From Octopus sinensis (taxonomy: Eukaryota), in the NCBI RefSeq assembly GCF_006345805.1, contig NC_043007.1:63178001-63242000 (forward strand): a stretch of 64,000 nt of DNA. The letters are read 5' to 3'. Of this stretch, positions 1 to 12,815 are shown piece by piece. The notes under the pieces are model-generated. The model made no database searches. It was not told the origin of the DNA and saw only the letters and a list, made by a program, of their open reading frames with translations. Numbering within the stretch: position 1 is the first letter of the stretch; every line of letters starts with the position of its first letter. The translations under genes and the position numbers were made by a program.

Positions 1-2088
1 CTATCACATTCACTATTTATACATATTGGACTAGCTTACTTATCATCTGGGGGTGTCCACACAACAGAAAGTGACCTCTGAACTTTACCAGTTAAAAGTG
101 AACTTTTAACTTTACTTTCAAACTTAAATTACTACCATCAGCCTTCATTACAGAAATATTGAAAAGACAATATAGAATGTAAATGCTTTCATTAAATTCA
201 TGGGATGTAATAATGGAGGCTGGGGTACATATATTTATATCTGGACCTTTGCCCAGTTGTACCTGTTAAGTCACCATTACTCACCCACCTTCTTATCTAT
301 TCAATATCCTCTCATTACTCTACCATTCCTCCTATCAATGTACCATGCCATCTGTGAAATGAGAAGACATTATTAGATCTGTATTGAATCCCCTTCCTCT
401 AACTCTATATCCTATTATTCTTCTCCCCACTATCTTTCTGAATCATGATGCTTGAGGAAGGAGGTGGGAATCTGAATTACATTCCCATTTACCCTTCTTT
501 GGTGCCTACCATCACTCCTCTCCCAATACCATTATTGTTCTTTCATATTATACCCTGCCTTTACTTCTCTTTGCTCCTCTGGCACTATATCTACAATTTC
601 TTTCTCCTTTTCCTCACTATCACCCCAACCATATTGTTTCCCCTGTTTCTCCTTTCTTTTCCCATCCCACTCTAGTTTTATCTTCTGCAATTGTCCTCTC
701 TTTTGCCCACTCTTACAATAATGTTACTCTGAAGAAACAAACAACACCACAAAACAGTAAGGATCCTGATAGAAGGTAACCTCATTAATGTTACAGCCAT
801 GATAAAATGTACCTAGTATGCTCTGTAAAGGTGTTCATAGAAGTGATGTTTCTAGTGTACTGTGAAAAACATGAGGAAACTTGCTTGGAAACACTAGGAT
901 TGGTGAGAGGAAGGGAACCCAACCATAGAAAATCTGCTTCAAAAAATTCTGTCTGACCCATGGAAGCATGGAAGAGTTGACATTAAATGATGATGATATC
1001 TGTTGAAATTCACTGCCTTTTTTTCAAATAATTTTGAAAATAATGAAGAATTTAGTGAAATAACATTTCTGTTAATCTGGTGTTTGGAACATAAATTAAC
1101 ATGAAAGTTTGATGCAAAGTTCTCATTTAGATTCATTTAAATCAGGAAGTTTGTATCAAGGGTGGTTCTCAAGCATGTGGGCATCAAAAGAGTTGATGTT
1201 TATGTTTTAATTTGATGTTTTAATAAAGAGTTGATGTTTATGTTTTCCAACACTGCTGCCAACATATCTGTGCATATACAAGCAAAAAGTTTAGACAGAT
1301 ATATGTGTTACACAATGTGTATGAAGACTGGCAAAATTGAACTCTCCATAAGCATTTGTGTTTGTTTGCATGCATGACATCATCAACTTGTGTTTACTTA
1401 CAATTCCAATATTTACATATGCACTACATAGTGACATATACTTGGTCATTTGCTTGTGGGACATATTTATGTATATGTATTAGTGCATGCTATGAATTTC
1501 CAACTCAGAGCAAGATTAAAAAGATAAATTAGAGGCAACTTTTTGTGCTCTTTAAGTAAAAAATTTGCAACTTATATGCAAGTATATTTAATCTCATTAT
1601 TAGCATAGAAAAATGTAACATATTGATTTTACCTCCTCATTACAAATCAATTTGCTTGGACAATAATATAACAAGTCATACTGTCCAGAATATGGACTCA
1701 CACTTGGGTTGGGGAAAATAAGTAGCCTCTTTATTACTGTGTTTCAAAGGGAATTCAACCATAAATATTAACATATAATACATTTAATACATTGGGCTTT
1801 TAACCTATTGTATTTTTCATTTGTTTCTACATTTGTGTTGCAAAGGTGTCATTTAAGTTCTTATGTATAGTACACTACCCTAAACTTTTTGACTTTTAGG
1901 TTTAAAAATCTGGAGAAAAGTGTGTAGTATATTTGAATAAATAAGGTGTTTTTATTGGCTTCTTTCTCTAGGCTAATTTAACTGAAAACAGGCTATGCAT
2001 ACAATTTATTATTGAATGATTTAGTGAGAGGAATTACTTCCATGACAAGATATATTGTGTTTCTTGAGTTTTTCTTTTGTCATTTCAG

Positions 2089-2606
2089 CTATTTTCCTCA
2101 ATGAAAATACTTCTATTGATGAACGGAAATTAAGCTTGTTAACTGACTGCCAGCAGAAGTTGAAAGACAGAGATGATTATATTTTCGCTCTTAAAACTGT
2201 ACATAAGCCATTGAAACAAAATAGACAGAAAGAAATGATCACAATTTTTGCTATCACTCCCACTTACTCACGTTTAGTGCAGAAAGCTGAGCTCACAAGA
2301 CTTTCACAAACATTTTTACATATCCCCAATTTCCATTGGATTATAGTAGAAGATTCTTCTACAAAAACTACTTTGGTGACCAATTTTTTGAAAGAAAGCA
2401 ACTTAAATTATACACATTTAAATATAAAAACACCTGACAATTATAAACTGAAACCAACAGACCCTAACTGGTTAAAACCTCGTGGGGTGCTTCAACGAAA
2501 CCTTGCCCTTAATTGGCTTCGGGAAAATATTGACATTAACACACAGAAAGGAGTTCTTTATTTTGCAGATGATGATAATACATATTCCTTGAAAGTCTTT
2601 GAAGAG
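2089..2606 (+). CDS. B3GAT3: Galactosylgalactosylxylosylprotein 3-beta-glucuronosyltransferase (GT43, GlcAT-I-like), first visible coding exon (internal, phase 1 start)
   Basis: Acceptor ttttgtcatttcag at 2088 and donor GAG|gttact at 2607. Encodes ITPTYSRLVQKAELTRL, WIIVED, PRGVLQRNLAL and YFADDDNTY (GT43 DDD motif). In-frame TGA at 2043 upstream implies an earlier exon not identified here. Confidence 0.92.
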
Positions 2607-2653
2607 GTTACTTCTCTTATTATTATTATTATTTATTATTATAAAAGAAATCA

Positions 2654-2687
<34 letters not shown>

Positions 2688-3085
2688 GTGGCAAGCTGGC
2701 AGAATCGTTAGCACACTGGATGAAATGCTTAGCCTGTCACTACGTTCTGAGTTCAAATTCCACCAAGGTTGACTTTGTCTTTCATCTTTTCAGGGTCGAT
2801 GAAATAAGTACCAGTTGAGTACTGGGGTTGATGTAATCAACTATCCCTCTCCAAATTTCAGGCCTCGTGCCTATAGAAAGAATTATTATTATAAGGCATA
2901 CTGGGCAAAATGCTTAGTGGTATTTGGTGTCTTTACATTCTGAGTTCAAATTCTGCTGAGGTCAACTTTGCCTTTCATCCTTTCGGGGTTGATAAAATAA
3001 GTACTAGTTAAACACTAGGGTCAATGTAATTCACTCATCCCAACCTCCCCCAAGCTGCCCTTGTGGAAAAAATTTGAAATAATCA
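2688..3085 (+). mobile_element. Two tandem tRNA-derived SINEs with MESC/Meta-type core (family A)
   Basis: Head ggcaagctggcagaatcgttagc, B-box-like gagttcaaattcc, core gcctttcatcctttcggggttgataaaataagtac, (TTA)n flanks; repeated many times in the window. Confidence 0.8.
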
Positions 3086-3635
3086 TTATTATTGCTGAGT
3101 GAGAATAGTGCATGCCATCAAAGTGACACTCGGGTACAAATATACGAAGCCCAATATTCCCCCATGACCAGCCATCTGAGAAGCACATGCATCACAACCA
3201 TACATGCGCAGCATGGTGATTTCATATCAAGATAAACAGTGCATGACCTTGCAAGTGGGGCCCAGTTAGAATTCTCTTCATGTCAAGCAGCCTATCCCAC
3301 TCAAAACATCACTGAATAAAGGTTGTTAATGATGATGAATGAAACACTCATGTTTCCAAAGGTCAATTATTCAAACCCCAAAGAATCAGTTTCAATACAT
3401 GGCTACAATGCACCCCTACTACTGCTGCTTATGATTGGAGATGCATGTGCTGTTGGTCCGTAAGCGACATGCCCAATTGGCTATGGTCAAGCAACTGATA
3501 GGGAAATCTGTGGTGTTGGGCAGAATATTTGCTGTAGCCCATCTTTTACACCAAAACAAAACATGTACATGTTTACACTTCCAATCAGTTAAGATCAGAA
3601 ACCATGAAAGCCACTGCTTGATACTGCATCAAGGC

Positions 3636-3640
<5 letters not shown>
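3085..3640 (-). mobile_element. Non-autonomous retroelement (family C) with (AAT)n tail
   Basis: Reverse-complement match along its length to 59160-59680 (tgatcttaactgattggaagtg ... tgcactgctctctcactcaataataat). Confidence 0.75.
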
Positions 3641-3671
<31 letters not shown>

Positions 3672-3688
3672 CATCATCATTACTATAT

Positions 3689-4132
3689 GGTGGCAAGCTG
3701 GCAGAATTGTTAGCACACTAGACAAAATGCTTAGCAGTATTTTGCCTGTCATTCCATTCTGAGTTCAAATTCCACCAAGGTCAACTTTGCCTTTCATCCT
3801 TTTGAGGTTGATAAACTAAGTATCAGTTACACACTGGGGTTGATGTAATCGACTATCCCCTCCCCCAAAATTCCAGGCTTTGTGCCTATAGTAGAAAGGA
3901 TTATTATATTTATTAAAGGCAGCAACCTGGCAGAATTGTTAGTATGCCAGACAAAATGCTTAGCAGCGTTTTGTCCATTTTTACATTCTGATTTCAAAAT
4001 TCTGCCAAAGTTAACTTTGCCTTTTATCCTTTTCAGCTTAATAAAATAAGTACCTGTTAGGCTCTGGGTTTGATGTAATTGATTAGCCACTCCCACCAAA
4101 ATTTTAGGCCTTGTGCCTGTAGTAGAAAATAA
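3689..4132 (+). mobile_element. Two further tandem family A (MESC/Meta-type) SINEs
   Basis: Same head and core as 2688-3085; copies start near 3689 and 3918. Confidence 0.8.
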
Positions 4133-4288
4133 TATTTAAAGGAGATGAGCTAGCCAAATTATCAGAATGCATAGCAGCATTTCTTCTAGTTATACATGCT
4201 GCACTCTCTTCTCTCTAAAGTATTTAAATAAACAAATGAGTATGGTTGCTATCGTATTCAACAAGGAAAATACTTTTTTTCTTTCCAG

Positions 4289-4375
4289 ATGCGTGATACT
4301 AAAGTGGTGTCAGTTTGGCCTGTAGGCTTGGTGGGTGGTCTTCGATATGAGAAACCCATAATTGAAAATGGTAAG
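4289..4375 (+). CDS. B3GAT3: B3GAT3-like coding exon (87 nt)
   Basis: ctttccag|ATG CGT ... GGT AAG|gtaag; translates [29 protein letters not shown] (GT43 [11 protein letters not shown] motif), phase 0/0. Confidence 0.95.
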
Positions 4376-5079
4376 GTAAGCTGTAACTGGTTTAGGTAAT
4401 GGATACAGAAAAAAGAAATCTTTAGCAGATGACTTTTTGAAGTATCATACCAAGTGTTTACAAAACTGGACTGTTTAACATTCATGTGTTCTAATGCTTT
4501 TACATGCATTGGATTTATATCAAGAAACAAGATAATGTAATTCAGACATTTTTAAAATTTATTTTTCCAAAAATAATACTAAATAAATAGTAATAAAAGA
4601 AATAGAATGAAACCAAGTCACAGTCATTAACTTGCACTGCCATACACATCTCTTAACCACTAATTAATAGTCAAACAAATGTCTCACTTTTCATTTACAT
4701 TACACAGCTTGCAATCTCTATGATTTTTCTAATTGCAGCTGGGTCTTATAGTTTTTTGCCAAGATTTCAACTAACTTTGCAGAATCTTTTTTTACCTGCT
4801 ATTACTCAACAAAGGTGGAACTGTAAGTAACACTCTTATAGAGGAATCCACCTTATTTGCCTCTGTCTCTACACTGCATATTTATACACAGAAAAACTGC
4901 TCCTACACAACTCTATCTCACAGCCACATATACAATTTCTAAGTGCAAAAACTTCTCCAACCCCACCAACCCAACAAGGCATCTAATCCTAACAGTGAAT
5001 CTTCCATTTCTTCAGTTTGCTTCAAAAAGTAACTCTTATCTTCACCAAATACTTTAGTCTTCCTTTCTCTTCTTATTGC

Positions 5080-5780
5080 CGTCTTTCTAACCAAGTCAAA
5101 AGTGACAGAAACATTCTTATCACTTTAAGTCTCTTTCCCAGCTCATTGACCATTTGTAGAATCAAATGTCTCTTCCTATCCTGTATTGCACATTAATTGA
5201 TTCATGTACTTCAGTAAAAGTATAATCATTGCCCTTGATTCAGCAAAACCTTCAACTGTGTCTGACATGAGAAATTGATAAGGTTGCCTGCCAATGAACT
5301 ACACTTGCCTACCTTGTTTTAGCTCAGAAGACTTTTTTCTTTTTTGTCGAAGTTCTCTATGGTATTGTGCCTTGATGGGTCTCTCTGCAGTCCACATTCT
5401 ACCAATTTTGGTGTACCTTAGAATTTGATCATATCTCCCTCTCTTACTTCTAACTGTACTTTTAATTGCACATATTCCTTAGCATTTTATACAATAATAT
5501 CATTCACATGCAACCCTAATGTCATACATGCCTACATTACAGAAACTTAGAAACATCCACCAATGATTTCAACAATACCAACATACAATTATTACATATA
5601 TCAATGAAACATCTTGCACATAAACACACAGCTAAAACTCTGAAATATCTATAAATGCTAAGTTTTACCATTTCACTTGGTCTTTTATGACATATATATT
5701 GCTAAAACAGCATCCCAAAGACTTGTTTTCCCCCTTCTGGCCATAAAATACTCCATACCTGATATTTTTTTTAAACCACT
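5080..5780 (+). mobile_element. Heavily decayed CR1/Jockey-group LINE RT fragment
   Basis: Remnants resembling ALD-S-K-FD-V-H (5231-5270) and GVP-G-LSP (5410-5445), with many stops and frameshifts. Confidence 0.35.
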
Positions 5781-6379
5781 GACCTTCTCTTTAAAAATCA
5801 TTATTTTGATTTTTAATTGAAAAATGTTCCACATTTACATCATCAATTAACTTATTCCTGGATGTGTGTAAAGTACCAGACCACATCAGTGACCTTGTGG
5901 CTTGGAATGTCATTACAATTAATTTAGAAGTAAAGGCTTTGAGTTTGAATCCAATCTGTAACTATACATATCCACAAATAAAACATCTCATGATGATTGG
6001 AGAACAAATCAAGTAAAATGTATTGTAAATGTAAATAGTATATATATTTTTTTTTTGTCAACTAAAAAATGCTGTTATGCATGTTTGATGGAATATGAGG
6101 TTCTAAATATTTTACTTGTATAATACAATGATGTTAATAATCAACTCTAGAGAGTATAGGACATATGCTTAGATTGTTGTTAGTGTTCTTGAGCAGATCT
6201 ATGATGAAAATGTTCTAGAACAATACCTAGAACCATCTCCCTTGTATATACAATGCTTCAGTGAAGTTCAAAACTACACTACACATTTCATTATTTACTG
6301 GTTGGTTGTGTATGTGATTCAGTGAAATAATAATAGAATGCAGTGTAGCAGATAGGCTTGCCACAATTATATCCATCTA

Positions 6380-6760
6380 TGCAGCTTCTTTGCCTACTAT
6401 TTCTGGAAGGGTTGTGGAGTGGAGTCCTCAGGTACCTTCACCCTAGGGTCCTATCAGAAGCAACCATCATTAAACTTTCAGGCAGGATTCCCAAGTGTGA
6501 CCAGCTATGACTATGGATATTATCCAACTATCTTATTCTTGGTCTACCTCTACATCTCCTGCTGGTTGACTCGGCTTCAAGAATCTGTCTTGTGATTCTT
6601 TCTTGCAACATTCTAATTACATGTCCATAGTACCACAGCTTTGATCTCTCAATACGGAAAAGTAGCAGCTCAACATGGAGAGCCTCCCTGATCTCCAAGC
6701 TATTCATCCTATCAAGTAACATTACTCTAGAGATCCTTCAGAAGAATCCCATTTTGGCCA
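6380..6760 (-). mobile_element. RTE-clade LINE 3' fragment
   Basis: ORF 6528-6722: IERSKLWYYGHVIRM...RGRPRIR, typical of the RTE RT C-terminus. Confidence 0.7.
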
Positions 6761-7025
6761 TAGTATAATAATCAAGAAATATGGCATCCACTTTCCTGTT
6801 TCATTTTGCTCACCTATGATTGAAGGATTAAAGAATTTACAGTAGCAAAATATAAGATACCCTGATTCATTGAAGTTAATCAAAAGTTATAGACAATTGT
6901 TTGCATAGTTTAAGGTCAACAATCCAACTCATGTTGCAGTTATTTTATGTGAATAAAATTGTTTAGTCCTTGTTAAGAAGACTTATGATCAAAGGTATTA
7001 CAGCTTTGGAAATCAGAAATCCTGC

Positions 7026-7075
<50 letters not shown>

Positions 7076-7659
7076 TTAGTCAACATTGTCCAATATGCCT
7101 TTACATCATTATTTTTTACTTGCTTCAATTCAAAAATTGTGGCCATGCTGGGGCACCAACTTAAAGGATTTAGTCAAACAGATCAACCCCAGTACATCTA
7201 AATGATGATGATGATTATTATTATTAGTTGTGATTTAGTCTCAAATCAATCCTAATGAAGCAGACCTATAATCAAGATGTTCTAGCTGTGTCCATCCTGT
7301 CTTTTGCTAGGAAAATGTCTAATCCAATATAATCCAATGTGCTCTGCTTTTCCTGAAGGGTGTAGCTACTATTTCAGTCGGGTTGTCTGACAAAGCTCTT
7401 TAATTCTCAATATTCCAATCCCCAAGCTGTAAATAGGGACCAACCAGGTGAGGTACCCAATACAATGAGGTAGCAGTAGCACTGTAAAACTAGATCATCA
7501 AGTTTGTTTGCAGTTCTCATCTCAAATTCTCTCATGGGTCTTGAGAATGCAATGAGAAACTATTGTTGTATCTACAGTCTCAGTATAAAAACAGATTTCT
7601 ATATTATTTTATATATACACTATATTATTTTATATATTTTTGTTGTTTTTTTCTTTTAG

Positions 7660-7866
7660 GTTGTTGGTTGGTTTACACACTGGGAACCAAAACGACCATT
7701 TGCAATGGATATGGCTGGGTTTGCTATAAATTTGGAAAGGATATTTCATTATAAAAACGCACTGTTTACATACAAAGTACCTCGAGGTTATCAAGAATCT
7801 GTTTTGCTTAAACATCTAGGAGTGACTATTTCAGACCTTGAACCAAAAGCTGACCTATGTACTAAG
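7660..7866 (+). CDS. B3GAT3: B3GAT3-like coding exon (207 nt)
   Basis: ttcttttag|GTT GTT GGT TGG ... ACT AAG|gttagg; VVGWFTHWEPKRPFAMDMAGFAINL...PRGYQESVLL (catalytic Glu)...LEPKADLCTK. Confidence 0.95.
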
Positions 7867-8479
7867 GTTAGGGTTTTTCATTTTTTAAATATTTATGCAA
7901 AGATTTTTTTCCTTACTGTAGATACCCCAGTTGAAAAAGAAAGGAGAGTTACAGAGTAAGATAAGGAGAGCAATAGTGAGAGAGACGATGAAGACATTGT
8001 GGGACATGACCTCAAGGGACTTTGTGGGTAGTGAGAATAGGTGAGGTGATATAGAGGTCTGGATTGGTTGAGTAGGCAGGATGAGGTGATTGTAGCTAAA
8101 GGCAGAGAGAAATATAGGAGAGGCTTAAGAGCAGCAGATATGTGAGGGCATTGAGGGTGATTGTAGATAAGTGGTGTTACTAATGGAGAATAGTACAGGA
8201 GAGAGGTGATTGGTGAAGACAGTCGGCAGGGGAACATAATGGAAAATGAAAATGATTTGGAGTATAGAAGAAAGTAACCAAGCTCAGATGATAGAGAAGT
8301 GATGAGCATTAGAGGATGAAATGTGAGGGAAAAGATTGATGGGGCAGTGGAGATGGAGGTGGAGCAGAGCCCCTCACAGACAAGCAGTACCAAAGTGATT
8401 TTAGGATATCACTTCTGTGGTGAGCAGGTCTTCTTGAGTACAGCTAGGCACCAGATATCTCAATTCTTTGTCATCATCA

Positions 8480-11300
8480 TAAGGTTCAGCGTCTTGAAAT
8501 CATGTCTTCCTGGTTCTCCTTCTTCTACAACTTCCACCCACATTAAGTGATTTGCACTTCTTTATGCAGCTGTCCTTATCCATATGCATCACATGACCAA
8601 GCCAGTGCAGTTTTCTCTCTTGCACACTGCATCTAATTCCTCTTATACCTAACTTTTCTCTCAAGACACTAGTATTCTGTGTTGCACATCCAGTAGAGCA
8701 TACTAGCTTCATTCCTCTTCAGTTTTCACATATCCTCTGCATTCAGGGCCTACACCTCACCACCATGTAGCATTGCATCATACAACTTTCCTTCCACTTG
8801 GAGAGAGACATTTAGTCGCCACTAGAGATAAAAGCTCTCTGAATTTTCTTCATCCTATTCTAGCAATTGCATCCTCCTTCACTACTAATTAGGTCACCTA
8901 GGTACTAGGTACTACCTCTAGAGAGCCTCCAAGGTATTTGAGAAAATCAATTTCCTGTGTATCTGAAGACTTTATGGCTCCTATGCATTTTCCACATGCA
9001 AACACTACTTTCTCTGCAAACCTTCCTGTTATTCCACTGCACCTCGTGTGTCTATAGTTTGCACTGGCTACAGCAAATGGAATTCCTGCCCACAACTTTC
9101 CTACATATTGAGCAGGGCCATTTACCTGAAGTGGGTAGAGTCCTGTCCATTGTCTTGCTTAGTAGAACCTTATTCTTTGCTAAGTTAACTTTAAGGCCTT
9201 TCAGTTCCAGGTTTTGCTTCCACACCTGGAATTTCTTTTCTAGTTCTTTTACAGATTCTACTTTAAGAGCATGATCACCAGTATATAGTAGTTCTCATGG
9301 GCAGCTGGTCTTAAATTCCTCTGTTATGACACGGAGGATGATGAGGAATAGGAATTGGGCTGAGGACCCAGCCTTGGTGAACACCTACCTGTACACTAAA
9401 TGTCACATGGTTAACTCTTTCCTTACTAACCGCACCCCTGTATATGGCTTGTACAGCTTTCATAAGTCATTCATCTATCCCAAGCTTCTTCAGAAGCCAC
9501 CATATCACAGAGTAAGGTACACTGTTGAAGGCTTTCTCCAGACAACAAATGCCAAGTACATCTTATTCTTAGCTAAATACTTCTCTTGCAGTTGCCTGAC
9601 TATGAAAATAGCATCAATAGTGTTCTCCCCAGCACAAAGCAAAACAGCATTTCATCTAGTCAAATTCTGTTCCTAATTAATTGGGCTATAACTCTCTCCA
9701 TAAATTTCATCACTTGGTCTAGCAATTTGATACCTCTAAAATTCTATCTCAGGTGTCTTTCTTACACTTGCATCAGCTGACTGCTACACCAATCACTAAA
9801 GATTATGCCTTCCTGAATAACTATATAGGTGACTAGACCATATCCTACTCTACCAGGTATTTTAAGCATCTCTGCTGTGACTCCTGGTGGACTAGAGGCT
9901 TTCTCTGTATATCTTTAATTGCCTTATCTACCATACGGCTATCAACTAGGATAGCTGGTTGGAGGAGCCTCCCTTTCTCCCATTCATTCTCCACATTTAA
10001 TTGCCTTCCATAGATTTCATGCCTCATTCTTTTCAGAGTCACTAAGTGCAAGCAAACTATTATCCATCCATACCTATTTTTCTCCCACATCTCTGACACA
10101 TTGATTAGCAATTTTAAACACTTCATGTCTCTCATCTTCACACTGTAAACATGGTAAAACCTCTTCCTTTCTGTTTCTACCCTAGCTTTCCTATTAGCTA
10201 CCTGATATGGTTCTTTACTACTCTTTCCAAACTTGTCCCTGCTCTTTTATGGCACTGTTCTACTGCCATGTTCATCCTTCACCTGGCAGAAGCTTTGCTC
10301 CAACCAGATTTGTCCTGTCACCTTCATAGATTATCCTGTACTTCCATGTCATATCTCTATCTCTTCCTCTTTCTCATCAAATGCTTCTTTAAGAACATCA
10401 TCTAAATTTGTCCATTTGAAGGATCCTTGAGCTTCCATAATCTCCTTTTCTATATTGGTTTTTGTCTCTGGATCCTTCTCGCCCTAAGTCTGAAGTCACT
10501 AACCACTAACCTATGTTAAATTGTACATTCTTCATCTGAGAAAGACTTTCCATTCACAAGCATCTGCCTGTTGCTGTTTTTGGTGAGAATGCAGTCAATC
10601 TGGCTTGTGTGCCCACCAGATTGCCAAGTGATCAAATGGCTGGTAGGTTTCCTGAAGTTGGTATTGCAAACCAGTAAGCCATTTGCTTTACAAAACACCA
10701 GAGCCTTGTTCCTCCATCATTTCTACGACCAAAGCTATAATCTCCATGCACACCATGAAATTCATCAGTGCTTTCCAACATGATCACAGAAATCTTTCAT
10801 AGCCAAGGTAGTCCACAGAAGGGATACGTAAAAAAAGCTTTTTGAATATCTGCCAGTCTGACATCTAGAGCATATGAAGAGATAAATAACACTGTTACAT
10901 TTAACAAGAGACTATTTTTAGTTTAATAATCCTATTACCCATCCTGCCTACCTCAGTCAACTTATTTATTCGTTTCTCAACAAGAATACCTACACCCATC
11001 CAGAAAAAATTTGTATCTATTTTCCTTGCCCACAAGCAGTCTAGCCAAGGCTCCCCTCCATTATACCTCTTGTATGCAGCATACATTTATGCCTCTGCTC
11101 AAGCATTTCAACAATCTCACCAGACCTACCTTTCATTGTGCCAATGTTGATTGTAGCAGCTCTAAGCTTGTGGACCTGGGAAGCTTGGGAGGGTAGTTGG
11201 GGGAACATATTCAGCATCTGGAAAGAAAATCTTTGTTGTTGCTTGCCTGCTTGTAGTGGGTCCTTATGTATAGTGGCAGTAAGAATTGGTTGTGACATAG
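8480..11300 (-). mobile_element. Decayed near full-length RTE (BovB-like) LINE in B3GAT3 intron
   Basis: Collinear fragments: APE endonuclease start (LRAATINIGTMKGRSGEIVEML), CNTNFRK...SQID, RT, and C-terminal LHWLGHVMHMD...CIKKC; homologous to 39470-40830 and 45955-47870. Confidence 0.85.
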
Positions 11301-11663
11301 ATCAAAATTACAATTTCTTTCAGTCCCTTAAAGCCTTCATGGGGTACATAACCGCTTGTGTGGGGTGGTGAGTAGATAAGGCTTGAGGAATGAGAAAATT
11401 GTTATTATTAAGTCACCGAGTAATGTTTGTAGCAATGCAGAAAGAACCAAGAACACTGTAATAACATATACTTATAAATTATCATCATTATCAATGTGTA
11501 AACATATATTCATATAAGGCAGAGACATGAACATATATAATACACAGTCACATATAAGATGTTAATACATGCATGTGGACCCACAGGATACATACATATA
11601 TATACCCATGCACTTGTATAACATTTCATAGATTGTTATATTGTCATCTGCAATATATATATA

Positions 11664-12047
11664 GGCACAGGAGTGGCTGTATGGTAAGAAGCTTGCTTCC
11701 CAACCACATGGTTCTGGGTTCAGTCCCACTCCATGACACCTTGGGTAAGTGTCTCCTATAACAGCCTCGGGCCAACCAAAGCCCTGTGAGTGGATTTGGT
11801 AGATGGAAACTGAAAGAAGCCCAGCATATATATATATATATATTTGTGTGTCTGTGTTTGTATCTCCACCATTGCTTGACAATTGATGTTGGTGTGTTTA
11901 TGTCCCCCGTAACTTAGCAGTTTGGCCAAAAGAGACCAATAGAATAAGTGCTAGGCTTACAAAGAATGAGTCTTGGGGTTGATTTCTTTGACTAAAGGTG
12001 GTACTCCAGCATGGCCACAGTCAAATGACTGAAACAAGTAAAAGAAT

Positions 12048-12050
<3 letters not shown>
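11664..12050 (+). mobile_element. tRNA-derived SINE (family B, octopus OK/OR-like), full length
   Basis: A-box tggctgtatgg, B-box gggttcagtccc, internal (TA/TG)n, 3' cagtcaaatgactgaaacaagtaaaag; many copies in window. Confidence 0.85.
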
Positions 12051-12084
<34 letters not shown>

Positions 12085-12244
12085 TTATATATGTGACAAC
12101 ATTTTGTAAACAAACTTTGGAAGCGCTAAATGTGTTTGGTATTTTACAGATGAGAAAGTAAATTTCAAATGCAGTAAAGCTGTAAGAACAGTAGAAAAAA
12201 GTTGCCAGCAAGTGGCTACGAGAGCCACTGGCAACATATGTATA

Positions 12245-12314
<70 letters not shown>

Positions 12315-12651
12315 TTATACATATGTGTACATACTCATATGCCCATTACAGTCCTATGCGCATGCTCATACATAAGCAGATATAACATACACATGCAGTC
12401 ATATGTACAAGTGCTTGAACCTCCTTTATAAAAGGTAGTGATGAGGGGTGGGAGTTGGTAACAGGAGTGAATTGAGACTGCACAGTTGTGTGCAACTAGT
12501 AATTTTCCAAACATATCCTTGATGGAAGTTAGAGACATATTTGTTATTACTGCTAGAGAGGCCCCCATAAGGCTATCTCTGACAGAAATTGGAAGTTATA
12601 AAATTATTATTCTAACATTTCGTTTTAGACAATATTTCTTTATGGTTTCAG

Positions 12652-12753
12652 ATTTTGGTTTGGCATACCCAAACAGTGAGACCAAAACTGAAGAATGAAA
12701 TTGAAATGAAAAAGAAAACTGGTCATGGTTCAGATATCAACATTGAGCTTTAA
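12652..12753 (+). CDS. B3GAT3: B3GAT3-like terminal coding exon
   Basis: ggtttcag|ATT TTG GTT TGG CAT ACC CAA ACA ... GAG CTT TAA; ILVWHTQTVRPKLKNEIEMKKKTGHGSDINIEL*, matching the GT43 C-terminal VWHT motif. Confidence 0.92.
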   Translation: MLVWHTQTVRPKLKNEIEMKKKTGHGSDINIEL

Positions 12754-12776
12754 CAAAACAAATTTTTTTATTTTTT

Positions 12777-12815
12777 AATAAAATATTTAAGAAAATAAAA
12801 TGTTTGTCTGGTTTT
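12777..12815 (+). promoter_or_regulatory. Candidate polyadenylation signals of B3GAT3-like gene
   Basis: AATAAA at 12777 and 12794 followed by GT-rich tgtttgtctggtttt. The region is AT-rich, so chance matches are possible. Confidence 0.45.

Noticed and set aside
720-765. ttact-ctgaaga...aaaac-agtaa hammerhead-like remnant, with a similar CT-rich region at 7910-8440 (-)
   Set aside because: No stem II pairing and GAAA missing; too decayed to call, though possibly old Penelope-like termini.
2607-2711. Poly-Ile/poly-Tyr C-terminal extension of ORF 2055-2711
   Set aside because: Read-through into intronic (TTA)n after the gttact donor; homology continues in the exon at 4289.
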